Assembly (NCBI GenBank): GCA_022763105.1
Contig: JALEGK010000022.1
Location: forward strand, 1,198-65,197
Origin: Rickettsiales bacterium
Lineage (GTDB): Bacteria > Pseudomonadota > Alphaproteobacteria > Rickettsiales > UBA3002
DNA length: 64,000 nt
Direction of reading: 5' to 3'
The position numbers and the translations under genes are program-made. This document shows, in pieces, positions 10,834 to 20,746 of this stretch (the first letter of the stretch is position 1; every line of letters begins with the position of its first letter). Under the pieces are notes generated by a model. That model was not told the origin of the DNA and did no database searches. It worked only from the letters and a program-made list of their open reading frames with translations.

Positions 10834-11412
10834 TTAGTTAATTTCAGCGTTATCAAGAAGAGAGTCGTCCAAGGTAAATTGCTCGGTTGGCTCCAGATAT
10901 TTTTGATACGCCTTCACAGCTTTATAGGAACTTACCGGATCCATCAAGTTCGGACGCACAAATTGATGCTTATCTGACACCATTTGGACGATGTTTGCCG
11001 CATTTGAGCACCCAAAGCTTGGGTGATTCAGGTTGCTGCCGTTACCAATCCTGTCAATATAGCGGTTTTCGCAGTCACGTGCGAGTACGCGCTCATACAC
11101 CAATGACACAACACTATCGAGTGATGGCACATAAAGAGTGGCAACACCGTATAGGTCTAATACTTCTTGAGCCGCAGAGCAGCGCTCATCTGCTTCTGGG
11201 CAATATAGTTCAGCGCGGGTTGGCTGGTCGTGCTGAATCCAGTCTGCCATTTCATCCAGGGCGACTTCTGATTCAACGGATAGGTTGACCACTTCGGCAG
11301 AGACATCGAGCAGGCTTTCAGGTGCGCCGCGATTGTAATAAGCCGATGTTGGGACATCTGATGAACAAGCAGCCAGAATCAGTAGAGCGGGAGCAAGTAT
11401 GAGATGTTTCAT
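10834..11412 (-). CDS. cpaD: Pilus biogenesis lipoprotein CpaD
   Basis: Lipoprotein signal MKHLILAPALLILAAC. About 190 aa with a GCSNAANIVQMVSD motif, located between the secretin gene and cpaE. The start overlaps the cpaC stop (TAATG). Confidence 0.75.
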   Translation of the reverse strand: MKHLILAPALLILAACSSDVPTSAYYNRGAPESLLDVSAEVVNLSVESEVALDEMADWIQHDQPTRAELYCPEADERCSAAQEVLDLYGVATLYVPSLDSVVSLVYERVLARDCENRYIDRIGNGSNLNHPSFGCSNAANIVQMVSDKHQFVRPNLMDPVSSYKAVKAYQKYLEPTEQFTLDDSLLDNAEIN

Positions 11413-12791
11413 TAGTCTACCATAAACCCGATTGGGCCTTCTAAGCTAGGAGATTGCGACATATTGCTTGCATTGCCAGACAAAGAACCCAAAGCGCCGT
11501 AAAATAGTGACTCCATAGTCGATGCTGGGCGGAAATCGTCTGAAGGCATACGTACATCTGAAGATTTCAACGGATCAACCAGATAAGGCGTTACGGCAAG
11601 AACCAGTTCGGTCTCTTGACGCTCAAAGCTGGTATTGCGGAATAAAGAGCTGAGAATCGGAATCTCGCTCACACCCGGCAGCTGGTTGATGGTGGTGTTT
11701 AGGTTGTCTTGAATCAGGCCTGCAATCATGAAGCTTTCGCCTGGAGCCAGTTCAATAGTGGTGCTCGCACGACGGACATCGAAGGCAGGAACAATAGCGC
11801 CGCCACCGATATCTACGCCATCACCATCGTTACGTTCTGATACTTCTGGCTGCACCTGAATGCGAATGCGGTTTGGAGTAAGAACGAACGGGCGGAAGCG
11901 AACCGACACACCGAAGGTTTTGTAATCTACTGTGATGGTGTCATTTGATTGGGCCACCGGAATTGGCACTTCACCACCGGCTAGGAATTCTGCCTCTTCA
12001 CCCGATAGTGCCACAAGATTTGGCTCAGCCAATACTTTAAGCAAATTGTCTTGCTCGAGCGCATCAATGGTCGCAGAGATAGAATTTTGGCCGCTAGAGT
12101 TGGTGTAAGAAACACCAAGGCTGGTTAAGCCAGCAATGCCGCTGCTTGATAGAATCTGAAATGGTACATCGCCAGAGCCTTTGATGGCATCAAAATCGAT
12201 ACCTAGCTGCTTTAGGGTGCCGCGCTGTACTTCACCAATACGAATACGCAGCATAACCTGCTGGCCGGCGCTTACTTTCATCAGGTTGATGACGTTATTA
12301 TTTTCCATCTTGCTGTCATATTGCTGATCCAATTCTTCATTGGCATCGCGCACAGGATTCAAAAACTGCGTCGCAATTTCTAAAGCAGTATTGGCAGAAG
12401 ATGAGCTGGACACTTCACCGGTTAGCGCAACTTTGGTGTTTACCATTTCAACGCCAATGCGCTCATTTGGCAGGAAGTCATGAAGGGCGCGGCGGATAGC
12501 AGGCAGGTCATAAGTGACCATTACATCCATGTCGCGGATAAGGCGGTTATTCTCATCAAACAAGCGAACAGAGGTTTCGCCTAAGGTCTTTCCAATGATG
12601 GAGAGCTTGTCTTTGCCATGCACATATATATCGGCGATATCCGGATTAGAGACGATGACTTCGCCTAAATCGACAGAAGAGGTGACAATTTCGGAACGGT
12701 TGACGGGAACGTAGAATTTGGTGGTCGCTGCGTTGGCTGAGGCCGCTAGTGCTATAATGAAAAAAGGTACTAATTTTATTGTTTTAAACAT
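11412..12791 (-). CDS. cpaC: Tad pilus outer-membrane secretin CpaC/RcpA
   Basis: Signal peptide, N-terminal pilus-formation domain (IVSNPDIADIYV), and C-terminal secretin domain (LLKVLAEPNLVALSGEEAEFLAGGEVPIP, IPILSSLFR). Confidence 0.92.
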   Translation of the reverse strand: MFKTIKLVPFFIIALAASANAATTKFYVPVNRSEIVTSSVDLGEVIVSNPDIADIYVHGKDKLSIIGKTLGETSVRLFDENNRLIRDMDVMVTYDLPAIRRALHDFLPNERIGVEMVNTKVALTGEVSSSSSANTALEIATQFLNPVRDANEELDQQYDSKMENNNVINLMKVSAGQQVMLRIRIGEVQRGTLKQLGIDFDAIKGSGDVPFQILSSSGIAGLTSLGVSYTNSSGQNSISATIDALEQDNLLKVLAEPNLVALSGEEAEFLAGGEVPIPVAQSNDTITVDYKTFGVSVRFRPFVLTPNRIRIQVQPEVSERNDGDGVDIGGGAIVPAFDVRRASTTIELAPGESFMIAGLIQDNLNTTINQLPGVSEIPILSSLFRNTSFERQETELVLAVTPYLVDPLKSSDVRMPSDDFRPASTMESLFYGALGSLSGNASNMSQSPSLEGPIGFMVD

Positions 12792-12815
12792 TATAGCCCG
12801 GCTATGTTTCCTTCC

Positions 12816-13787
12816 TTAGTTGGAATTAGCGCGGGTGGCAGTGCGTGCCCTTGCTTCCTCCAGTCTAAGTAACGATTCTTCATTCTCAACCTGCGTTCCT
12901 CTGACTACGACTACCGGTATAAATTCTTCGTCATTATTGGCGACCGGAACTTCGTCATCAGACATTGGAACTCCACTAGATTGTGATAAATCACTTTGAC
13001 GTGTAATTGCAACCGTTTCTATGGTTTGCTTGTCGGCAAGTGATCTAAGTGTCAGAGAGACCTTTCCAATTTCTGTAGCTAATTTAAGCCTTTGCGAATC
13101 TTCGGGCGCGACTTCTAGAGAAACCGATCTGGGGATAACTATGCCGCCATCTCGGTTAACGCCAGTAGAGCTGCGCTGATCAACCGCAAGAACGCGCACA
13201 TTCGATAGTAGCGTTTCGGTCACATCTTCATATAGGTTCTTTTGCGTGCGGGCATCTTTCAGGTCACGCTCACGCACACCCTTCTTCAGAATTTCGTGCG
13301 TTACCAATACATCTACGCGGTCGCCTGGGAATACGAAACCGGCGACGCCATCGATCTCATTGGTGCGGATGGTTGCGACGCGCATCCCTTTAGGCAGGTT
13401 GCCTGCAAGGAAGTTTGGATCGTCAGGGTTGACCATCTTGCTCATAATGAATGGTTCGCGTGGTTGGAATGGGGAGCGGGTTACCATGCCCACGAGCGCT
13501 TCACCCTTTTTGTTGCCGACCACGAAGTCTTTAAGAAGTAGGTGCTTCGGCCATGGCTGCACATCAAGCATGTTCTCTTCTACCACGGTTCCAACAGGGA
13601 TAAAGTTGGCGGCGACATACACATCAACGGTTTCGATGCGTGGCTCAGCGCGCTGCTGCACCTGAACTGGGCGGTTTTGTGCGACGATCGGCTTCGCCTT
13701 CTTCTCATCGCTTCCAGAGAGCTTTAGTACCATAAATGCCGCAACAGCAGCGACAAATACAGCGATGACCAGTCCAATCCATTTCAT
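12816..13787 (-). CDS. cpaB: Flp pilus assembly protein CpaB/RcpC
   Basis: N-terminal TM MKWIGLVIAVFVAAVAAFMVL, SAF-like domain, RcpC-like segment (GFVFPGDRVDVLVT). It is the first gene of the operon. Confidence 0.88.
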   Translation of the reverse strand: MKWIGLVIAVFVAAVAAFMVLKLSGSDEKKAKPIVAQNRPVQVQQRAEPRIETVDVYVAANFIPVGTVVEENMLDVQPWPKHLLLKDFVVGNKKGEALVGMVTRSPFQPREPFIMSKMVNPDDPNFLAGNLPKGMRVATIRTNEIDGVAGFVFPGDRVDVLVTHEILKKGVRERDLKDARTQKNLYEDVTETLLSNVRVLAVDQRSSTGVNRDGGIVIPRSVSLEVAPEDSQRLKLATEIGKVSLTLRSLADKQTIETVAITRQSDLSQSSGVPMSDDEVPVANNDEEFIPVVVVRGTQVENEESLLRLEEARARTATRANSN

Positions 13788-13966
13788 AGCAAACCTATTA
13801 TGTTATGTTTTTTAAAATTCTATATTTATAGAACTTACAATAGTTTGATCGGAATATATCATAAATTACATGAAAGTGACACCCCTTAAGTAGGTCGAGT
13901 TATGCACAGGTAGCCAAATGCGGTAATAATTTGACATTTTTGTCACAAGCAGGCCATAAACCGGGG

Positions 13967-15517
13967 ATGGCACATGACTCTATATTGATCATAGACTTTG
14001 GATCGCAGGTAACGCAGCTGATAGCGCGCCGCGTGCGGGAACATCATGTCTATTCTGAGATCAGGCCATGCACGATTACCGCAGAGGAAATAGAAGCGTT
14101 TAAACCGAAAGGCATTATTCTTTCTGGCGGACCGGCTTCTGTGAGTGCTGGCGAGAGCCCGAAGGTATCGCGCAAGGTGTTTGAGATGGGTGTGCCAGTG
14201 CTAGGCATCTGCTACGGTCAACAGCTAATGGTCGATATGCTGGGTGGTCGAGTAGCACCTGCGCAGCACCGTGAATTTGGAAGAGCCGAGATTACCGTGC
14301 GTGCAAGCAGCGCGCTCTTTGCAAATGCATGGCATGCAAATGATAAAGCGAATGTCTGGATGAGTCATGGGGACCGTGTGGAATCGATTCCGGGCACATT
14401 CAAAATTTTGGCGCGCACGGCTGGCGCTCCATTTGCCGCGATTGCCGATGAGAATAAACGATTCTATGGCTTGCAATTCCATCCGGAAGTGTCGCACACG
14501 CCAGAAGGCTCAACGCTGCTGAAGAACTTCGTTACGAATATCTGTGGCTGCTCTGGTGACTGGACGATGGAGGCGTTTCGTAAAGAAGAGATTGAGGCCA
14601 TCAAAAAGAAGGTGGGCAGTAAGCGTGTGATTTGTGGTGTGAGTGGTGGCGTAGATTCATCCGTTGTCGCCAAAATTCTGCACCAAGCTATCGGGAGCCA
14701 GCTTACATGTATCTTTGTTGATACGGGCATGTTGCGCTTAAACGAAGCGATTGCCGTTAAAGAGCGTTTTGAGAGTCATTATAAAGTGCCGCTGACTACG
14801 GTCGATGCATCGCGCATGTTTTTGCAGCGTTTGGAGGGCATTAAAGACCCTGAACGTAAGCGTAAGATTATTGGTGAGACCTTTATTGAGGTGTTCGAGC
14901 AGGAAGCAAAAGAGGTGGGTGGCGCTGATTTCCTAGCGCAAGGTACGTTGTATCCGGATGTGATCGAATCGATCTCATTTCATGGTGGCCCGAGCGTTAC
15001 GATCAAGTCGCACCACAATGTTGGCGGATTGCCAGAGCGCATGAAGATGGATTTGGTGGAGCCGGTGCGCGAATTATTCAAAGATGAAGTGCGTGCCTTG
15101 GGTTTGGCGCTGGGTATGCCGGAAGAGCTGATTAATCGCCATCCATTCCCGGGTCCCGGGCTGGCTATCCGTATTCCGGGCAATATCACGGAAGAAAAGC
15201 TGGATATGTTGCGTTTGGCCGATACGATCTATCTGGATGAGATTCATAAAGCGGGGCTTTATGACGAAATTTGGCAGGCCTTTGCGGTGTTGCTGCCTGT
15301 GAAAACAGTGGGAGTTATGGGAGATTCCCGCACTTATGAATATGTGTGTGCCTTGCGAGCGGTTACGTCTGTAGATGGAATGACCGCAGACTTTTACGGT
15401 TTTGATCATGAGTTCTTGAGTCGCGTGTCAAACCGGATTATCAATGAGGTGCGTGGCATTAATCGTGTGGTCTATGATATCACGAGTAAGCCGCCCGGCA
15501 CGATCGAGTGGGAATAG
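13967..15517 (+). CDS. guaA: GMP synthase (glutamine-hydrolysing)
   Basis: [20 protein letters not shown], the GATase domain motif GICYGQQLM, the PP-loop [10 protein letters not shown], and the C-terminal PPGTIEWE. The ATG at 13967 is preferred over the TTG at 13931. Confidence 0.97.
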   Translation: MAHDSILIIDFGSQVTQLIARRVREHHVYSEIRPCTITAEEIEAFKPKGIILSGGPASVSAGESPKVSRKVFEMGVPVLGICYGQQLMVDMLGGRVAPAQHREFGRAEITVRASSALFANAWHANDKANVWMSHGDRVESIPGTFKILARTAGAPFAAIADENKRFYGLQFHPEVSHTPEGSTLLKNFVTNICGCSGDWTMEAFRKEEIEAIKKKVGSKRVICGVSGGVDSSVVAKILHQAIGSQLTCIFVDTGMLRLNEAIAVKERFESHYKVPLTTVDASRMFLQRLEGIKDPERKRKIIGETFIEVFEQEAKEVGGADFLAQGTLYPDVIESISFHGGPSVTIKSHHNVGGLPERMKMDLVEPVRELFKDEVRALGLALGMPEELINRHPFPGPGLAIRIPGNITEEKLDMLRLADTIYLDEIHKAGLYDEIWQAFAVLLPVKTVGVMGDSRTYEYVCALRAVTSVDGMTADFYGFDHEFLSRVSNRIINEVRGINRVVYDITSKPPGTIEWE

Positions 15518-15556
15518 CCTTCCCTAAGCCGTAATGTAACTAGGAGCGAAGCCAGT

Positions 15557-16195
15557 ATGAACGATGAGTTGATACGCGAAGTTGATGATGCAATGAAGCT
15601 GGAACAGTGGCAAAAGCTGTGGCAGCAATATGGTTCGTTGATTACCTATGTGGCGATTGGCTTTGTCGCGATCGCGTCTATTTCTATTTTTATTCGCGGC
15701 TATCAGCATGGTGTGGCGGAGTCTGAGACCGATACCATTTTGAAAGCGCATACGTATTATTTGTCTACCCGTTACGAAGAAGCGCGCGATCTGCTTACCG
15801 AAGCGATTGAAGATGCGAGCGGTGATCGTCAGGCAATCATGCGCATTTGGTTGGGTAAGACCCATTTAAAGCTTAGCGATTCTGGTGCGGCGCTTGCGGC
15901 ATGGAGCGAGCTAGTCGATAAGCAGCATATGAATAACCCGATGGTGCGATTGGCCTGTACGCATGCGCTGATGGTGTCTCCGGATGATGAGCGTTTTTCT
16001 GCATGCTACAATAGCGACCCTGAAAATCCGTTTACCGCGCTGACGAATGAGCAGCAGGCGATTCACTACCACATGATGGATCAGGATAAGCAAGCAGAAG
16101 ATGTGCTGCCTGATACAACCCGTCTGTCGACGAGTCAGAAGCGCCGCCTAACCGATCTTGAGGCGTATCTTACCTCCTCTGTTCATGCTGAATAA
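15557..16195 (+). CDS. YfgM-like membrane-anchored TPR-type protein
   Basis: A single N-terminal TM (LITYVAIGFVAIASISIFI) followed by a helical domain. It occupies the conserved yfgM-bamB-der position. Confidence 0.6.
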   Translation: MNDELIREVDDAMKLEQWQKLWQQYGSLITYVAIGFVAIASISIFIRGYQHGVAESETDTILKAHTYYLSTRYEEARDLLTEAIEDASGDRQAIMRIWLGKTHLKLSDSGAALAAWSELVDKQHMNNPMVRLACTHALMVSPDDERFSACYNSDPENPFTALTNEQQAIHYHMMDQDKQAEDVLPDTTRLSTSQKRRLTDLEAYLTSSVHAE

Positions 16196-17510
16196 TCGCA
16201 CAGTTCTTGTTCTCTTAACCACCCTGTTGCTTGGTGCATGTGATGTGCCCGATTGGATGGGCAACGAGGAAGCGAAAGAAAAAAAGCTGCCCGGTGAGCG
16301 AATCTCCGTTCTTGATTTTGAATCTGGTTTAGAGGCGGATGAGAGTTTGGAAGATGAGAAAATCCTTATTTCTGATCCCGAACGTAATCCGGATTTTAAA
16401 TTCGATGTCGCGGTGCAATTGGCGGGATATGAGAATCTGGCAATTACTGGCATTGAAAATCGACAAGAAGAATCTGCGGGAGATGGTGCGCCTTTTAAAA
16501 CCATTTTGGTCAGCCCGCCGATTGTTGCGGATGGCAAGGTATTTGCCATTGATGCGCAAGGCTATGTGAGCGCACATAATGCAGCAGATATTGATGAAAT
16601 TTACTGGATTTCAAATGTGCCTGTTACCTTTGAAGAGCGTGATATTGGCGGTGGTGGTCTCGCTTATGATAAGGGTGTGGTGTATGTGACCACGGGTTAT
16701 GGTGCGACGATTGCGCTTGTGGCGGCAGATGGCTCGCTTCTATGGCGTCGCGATGTTGATGCGCCAGTACGCGCAGCACCTTTGGTTGCTGATGGCAAAG
16801 TCTTTACCATCTCGATTGATAACCAGCTCTTTGCGTATAATGCCCGCACCGGTTCGACCTTATGGAATCACCGAGGCATCCGTGAATCTGCGGTGTATTT
16901 AGGCTCGGTTTCCCCTTCTTTTGAAAATGGGATTGTTGTGGCTGCGTATACCACGGGTGAGATTTATGCGCTGCGCGCAGAAGATGGCTCGCCGATTTGG
17001 TCGGATGCTTTGGTCGTGTCTAAACGAACCTCTGCCGCATCGACGCTCACGGGTATTGATGCAACGCCCGTGCTTAATGGTGGCTTGGTGTATGGTTTGA
17101 GTAATAGCGGGTTGCTATCGGCGAACTTGCTCTCTAACGGCCATAATGTCTGGGAGCACGAAATAGCAGGTTACAGCACACCATGGGCGGCTGGCGGCTA
17201 TGTGTTTGTGCTGACCAATGATGAGCGCCTGATGGCGATTCGCGGTAAAGATGGCGCGATTAAATGGATTACCCGAATCCAAGACCCGGAAGAAGATGAG
17301 CCGGTGAAGCAGCGCTTGCAAGGTCCGATCATGATCAATAGCCGCTTGGTCGTGGTCAGTGATTTGGGCCGTATGTTCTTGTTTGATCCGCAAACAGGTA
17401 AGCCGGACCGCGTGCTCGATATTCCTGAAGATGTGCATATGGCGCCGATTGTTGCGGATGGTAAGATGTATCTGCTGAGCGCCGATGCTACCCTTTACCG
17501 GTATCAATAG
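16185..17510 (+). CDS. bamB: Outer membrane protein assembly factor BamB (PQQ-like beta-propeller lipoprotein)
   Basis: Lipobox LLLGAC after the ATG at 16185. Repeated beta-propeller blades (ADGKVF..., G..LW). Lies immediately upstream of der. Confidence 0.85.
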   Translation: MLNNRTVLVLLTTLLLGACDVPDWMGNEEAKEKKLPGERISVLDFESGLEADESLEDEKILISDPERNPDFKFDVAVQLAGYENLAITGIENRQEESAGDGAPFKTILVSPPIVADGKVFAIDAQGYVSAHNAADIDEIYWISNVPVTFEERDIGGGGLAYDKGVVYVTTGYGATIALVAADGSLLWRRDVDAPVRAAPLVADGKVFTISIDNQLFAYNARTGSTLWNHRGIRESAVYLGSVSPSFENGIVVAAYTTGEIYALRAEDGSPIWSDALVVSKRTSAASTLTGIDATPVLNGGLVYGLSNSGLLSANLLSNGHNVWEHEIAGYSTPWAAGGYVFVLTNDERLMAIRGKDGAIKWITRIQDPEEDEPVKQRLQGPIMINSRLVVVSDLGRMFLFDPQTGKPDRVLDIPEDVHMAPIVADGKMYLLSADATLYRYQ

Positions 17511-17519
17511 GGGGAGCGG

Positions 17520-18869
17520 ATGGTAGCTGTCGCAATCATTGGTCGCCCGAATGTTGGCAAATCCACGTTGTTTAACCGTCTATGCGGTAATCGCCACGCG
17601 TTGGTGGCAGACATACCTGGCGTCACACGAGATCGCCGTATGGCGAAAGCCAGCATTGCCGATTTGGAATTTGATCTGGTTGATACCGCAGGGCTTGAAG
17701 AAGCTGACGTGGAGACGTTAGCAGGCCGCATGACGGCACAGACGCTCGCCGCTGTCGATCAGGCACATATCATTATGATGATGGTGGATGGGCGCGCAGG
17801 CGTGATTCCGGCTGATGAGCATTTTGCCTCGCTGATTCGCGATCAGGGTAAGCCGATTATTCTGGTGGTCAATAAATCGGAAGGTAAGCGCGGCGGTGAA
17901 GCGAGCTTGGAGGCGTATAGTCTGGGCTTGGGTGATCCGATTGCGATTTCGGCTGAACATGGCGAAGGCATGGGCGAGCTTTATGATGCGCTGGTGGCTG
18001 AGATTGATGCGCTGGGGTTAGACCCAGAAGCGACCGACCGCGAAGAGTTGCAGATTGCCGTTGTAGGCCGCCCGAATGTTGGTAAGTCGACCTATATCAA
18101 TGCGCTGCTTGGTGAGGACCGTCTGTTAACCGGACCGGAAGCAGGCATTACGCGTGACGCGATTGCGATTCCGTTTAAGTATGAAGACCGGATTATCCGT
18201 TTGGTTGATACGGCCGGTATGCGCAAAAAATCGCGCGTGGTGCGCGATAAGCTCGAAGTGATGGCAGTGAATGACACACGCCGCTCGATTCAATTTGCGC
18301 AAGTAGTAGTGCTAATGGTGGATGCGACGCAGCCGCTAGAGAAGCAAGATCATCAGATCGCATCGATGATTGCCGAAGAAGGGCGCGCCTGCGTGTTGGC
18401 GCTGAATAAATGGGATTTGATTGATCGTGATGATCGCGATGAGTTGATGGATGAGATTTTGTTCCAGATCGAAAAGGTCATGCCATATTATCGCGGGCTG
18501 CCCGTTGTGACGTTATCGGCAGAGCGTAAGCAACGCATTACTAATGTGATTGATAAATGCTTTGGTGCCTATGATTTGTGGGATACGCGCATTGCCACGG
18601 GCGATCTGAATCGTTGGCTGCAAGATGCGCTTGATCGCTACACGCCACCCCTGCTTAATGGCCGCCGTTTAAAAATCAAATATGCGACTCAGGCAAAAAG
18701 TCGCCCGCCAACTTTTGCACTGTTTGTGAATCACAAAGATGGTATCCCGAAAAACTATGAGCGCTATTTGACCAACTCGCTGCGCGAACATTTTAAACTG
18801 CCTGGCATTCCGATCCGTCTCTTGACGCGGCGAGGAAAGAACCCATATGACCAAGATGACAAAAAATGA
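17520..18869 (+). CDS. der: Ribosome-associated GTPase Der/EngA
   Basis: Two G domains (GRPNVGKSTLFN and GRPNVGKSTYIN; DTAG twice; NKSE/NKWD) and a KH-like C-terminus. Confidence 0.96.
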   Translation: MVAVAIIGRPNVGKSTLFNRLCGNRHALVADIPGVTRDRRMAKASIADLEFDLVDTAGLEEADVETLAGRMTAQTLAAVDQAHIIMMMVDGRAGVIPADEHFASLIRDQGKPIILVVNKSEGKRGGEASLEAYSLGLGDPIAISAEHGEGMGELYDALVAEIDALGLDPEATDREELQIAVVGRPNVGKSTYINALLGEDRLLTGPEAGITRDAIAIPFKYEDRIIRLVDTAGMRKKSRVVRDKLEVMAVNDTRRSIQFAQVVVLMVDATQPLEKQDHQIASMIAEEGRACVLALNKWDLIDRDDRDELMDEILFQIEKVMPYYRGLPVVTLSAERKQRITNVIDKCFGAYDLWDTRIATGDLNRWLQDALDRYTPPLLNGRRLKIKYATQAKSRPPTFALFVNHKDGIPKNYERYLTNSLREHFKLPGIPIRLLTRRGKNPYDQDDKK

Positions 18870-19797
18870 TCCCGCAATTCGTATAAGCCAGCTTCGCAAG
18901 ACCTATCGCGATGGCAAGAAAGGCGAAGAGAAAGAGGCATTAAAGGGCATTGATTTGGAAGTGCCAAGAGGCTCCTTCTTTGGGCTGCTTGGCCCGAACG
19001 GTGCGGGTAAATCGACCATGATTAATATCATGGCGGGGCTGACGTTGAAATCGAGCGGAACGGTAGAGATTTGCGGTTACGACATTATTGATCAGACGCG
19101 TAAAGCACGTATGTCGCTTGGTGTTGTGCCGCAAGAATTGGTGCTCGATACGTTCTTTACCGTGCGTCAGGCGCTAGAGATTACCGCTGGTTATTACGGC
19201 ATTCCAAAAGCAAAACGCCGCACTCAAGAAATCATCGATGCGATGGGCTTAACCGATAAAGCCGATGTTTCTGCGCGCCGATTATCGGGCGGTATGCGTC
19301 GTCGTTTGCTAGTCGGTAAGGCGTTAGTGCATAGCCCTGATGTATTGATTTTAGATGAGCCAACCGCAGGGGTGGATGTGGAGCTGCGCACCCAGCTATG
19401 GGAATATGTGCGCAAACTGAATGAGGCAGGTACCACCATTGTGCTAACCACGCATTATTTGGAAGAGGCCGAAGAGCTATGCGATGAGATTGCCATTATC
19501 AATCATGGTGAGATTATTGCGCATGAGAAAAAAGAAGCGCTGATGCAGGGCTTTGACAGCAAAGAATTGGTGCTGACGTTGGAGCAGACCATTACTGAGA
19601 TTCCAGAAGCGCTAAAAGACCTGCAAACCGGTATATGCGATGGCAAGCTGGTGATTAAGTATCAGCCGAGTCAGACCTCGTTTGCGAGTTTGATGGAGCG
19701 GGTTAATAAGGCAGGCTTATCCATTTGTGATCTGTCGACGCGTGAGGTGGATTTAGAAGATGTGTTCCGCCATTTAACCAGCGATCAGGCGGCGTAA
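18847..19797 (+). CDS. ABC transporter ATP-binding protein (ABC-2/export type)
   Basis: Walker A GPNGAGKST, signature LSGGMRRRL, Walker B LILDEPTAGVD. The start overlaps the der 3' end. Confidence 0.9.
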   Translation: MTKMTKNDPAIRISQLRKTYRDGKKGEEKEALKGIDLEVPRGSFFGLLGPNGAGKSTMINIMAGLTLKSSGTVEICGYDIIDQTRKARMSLGVVPQELVLDTFFTVRQALEITAGYYGIPKAKRRTQEIIDAMGLTDKADVSARRLSGGMRRRLLVGKALVHSPDVLILDEPTAGVDVELRTQLWEYVRKLNEAGTTIVLTTHYLEEAEELCDEIAIINHGEIIAHEKKEALMQGFDSKELVLTLEQTITEIPEALKDLQTGICDGKLVIKYQPSQTSFASLMERVNKAGLSICDLSTREVDLEDVFRHLTSDQAA

Positions 19798-20577
19798 TTA
19801 CTGCTCGATTTTATCGTAAAGCTGATAACGTTCTTTGAATTTCACGATATCGTCGAAATCGGCTTCTAGGAACTTCTGAACCAAAATATTATCGTTGTTA
19901 AAGGGGGCCGCGCCGGTGGTTACCGCATCATCATTGCAGTTACAATTTTCAATTTCTTCTGCGGAAATTCCATCCCCACCGTCAAAGCGGTTGCCTGAGC
20001 GCAAATAGGCGCCATGCCCATTCTCGCCGAAGCTCACAATCGCATAGACGGCTTGGGTGGTGCGGTCTGCTCCGGTTTCATCTTGCACTTGAATGTCACC
20101 GATTGCACCATCATCTACGGCCACATAGGCGGCCTCGCGCGGATCGAGTGAATCCTCAACGGTGAGGCCGATATCTACGTAATAAACAAGCCCTCTATCC
20201 CACGCATCCAACATGAGAGATTTGCTCATGCCTAATGTTGTAATGGGCACCGCGCCAAAAAAGACATTCGCGCTGGTGGTGGCGTTTGACTGGATTGCAC
20301 CGCCGGTACAAGCGCCTGGGTTATCTGCCTCGACACCATAATCCGCATCGCCTAAAACGGCTGCCAAAGGTGCGGGGCAAGGTAGGCGTTTATTGCGCTT
20401 ACGGTAAGAATCTAGGGCCGCTTCAATCAGCGTGATATTGTCTTTGGTGGTGTTGACCTTTTCTTGCTCTAACCATTTGGTGCCGAGCACAATGGTCATA
20501 CCCGCAATGGCGCCAAAGACGATGAGCACGAAAGAGAGCTCTAGGAGTGAAAAACCGGCCTGTTTGGTTGTGCGCAT
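19798..20577 (-). CDS. Prepilin-type N-terminal cleavage/methylation domain protein (type IV pilin / T2SS pseudopilin-like)
   Basis: The ATG at 20577 gives MRTTKQAG|FSLLELSFVLIVFGAIAG: a class III signal with G-1, F+1 and E+5, then a hydrophobic helix. The globular part is about 230 aa and contains LPCPAP and CNCN. The ORF stays open to 20643. Confidence 0.75.
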   Translation of the reverse strand: MRTTKQAGFSLLELSFVLIVFGAIAGMTIVLGTKWLEQEKVNTTKDNITLIEAALDSYRKRNKRLPCPAPLAAVLGDADYGVEADNPGACTGGAIQSNATTSANVFFGAVPITTLGMSKSLMLDAWDRGLVYYVDIGLTVEDSLDPREAAYVAVDDGAIGDIQVQDETGADRTTQAVYAIVSFGENGHGAYLRSGNRFDGGDGISAEEIENCNCNDDAVTTGAAPFNNDNILVQKFLEADFDDIVKFKERYQLYDKIEQ

Positions 20578-20746
20578 GGTCTCAGCATGCCAGATTAAGG
20601 GGTAAAATGCACGTTTAAGTCGGATTAGGCCGCTTTCGCGCAATTATTTATTTTCAAGTGCTTGAGAAGCTGGGTTTGTTGTACTACATCTAGGGTTCAT
20701 CATTGAATGAATCAATGGAAGTAACACAGACACAGTAGAGGATATC

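Noticed and set aside
13788-13966. Possible small Flp pilin ORF or structured RNA in the cpaB-guaA spacer
   Set aside because: No ORF with a Flp-like G/XXXXEY hydrophobic motif appears in either orientation. The sequence is AT-rich and promoter-like, without conserved RNA-like stems.
20700-20710. Palindrome TCATTgAATGA upstream of sodB as a Fur/iron box
   Set aside because: It has only 5-bp arms and a poor match to the 19-bp Fur consensus. It is plausible by chance in AT-rich DNA.
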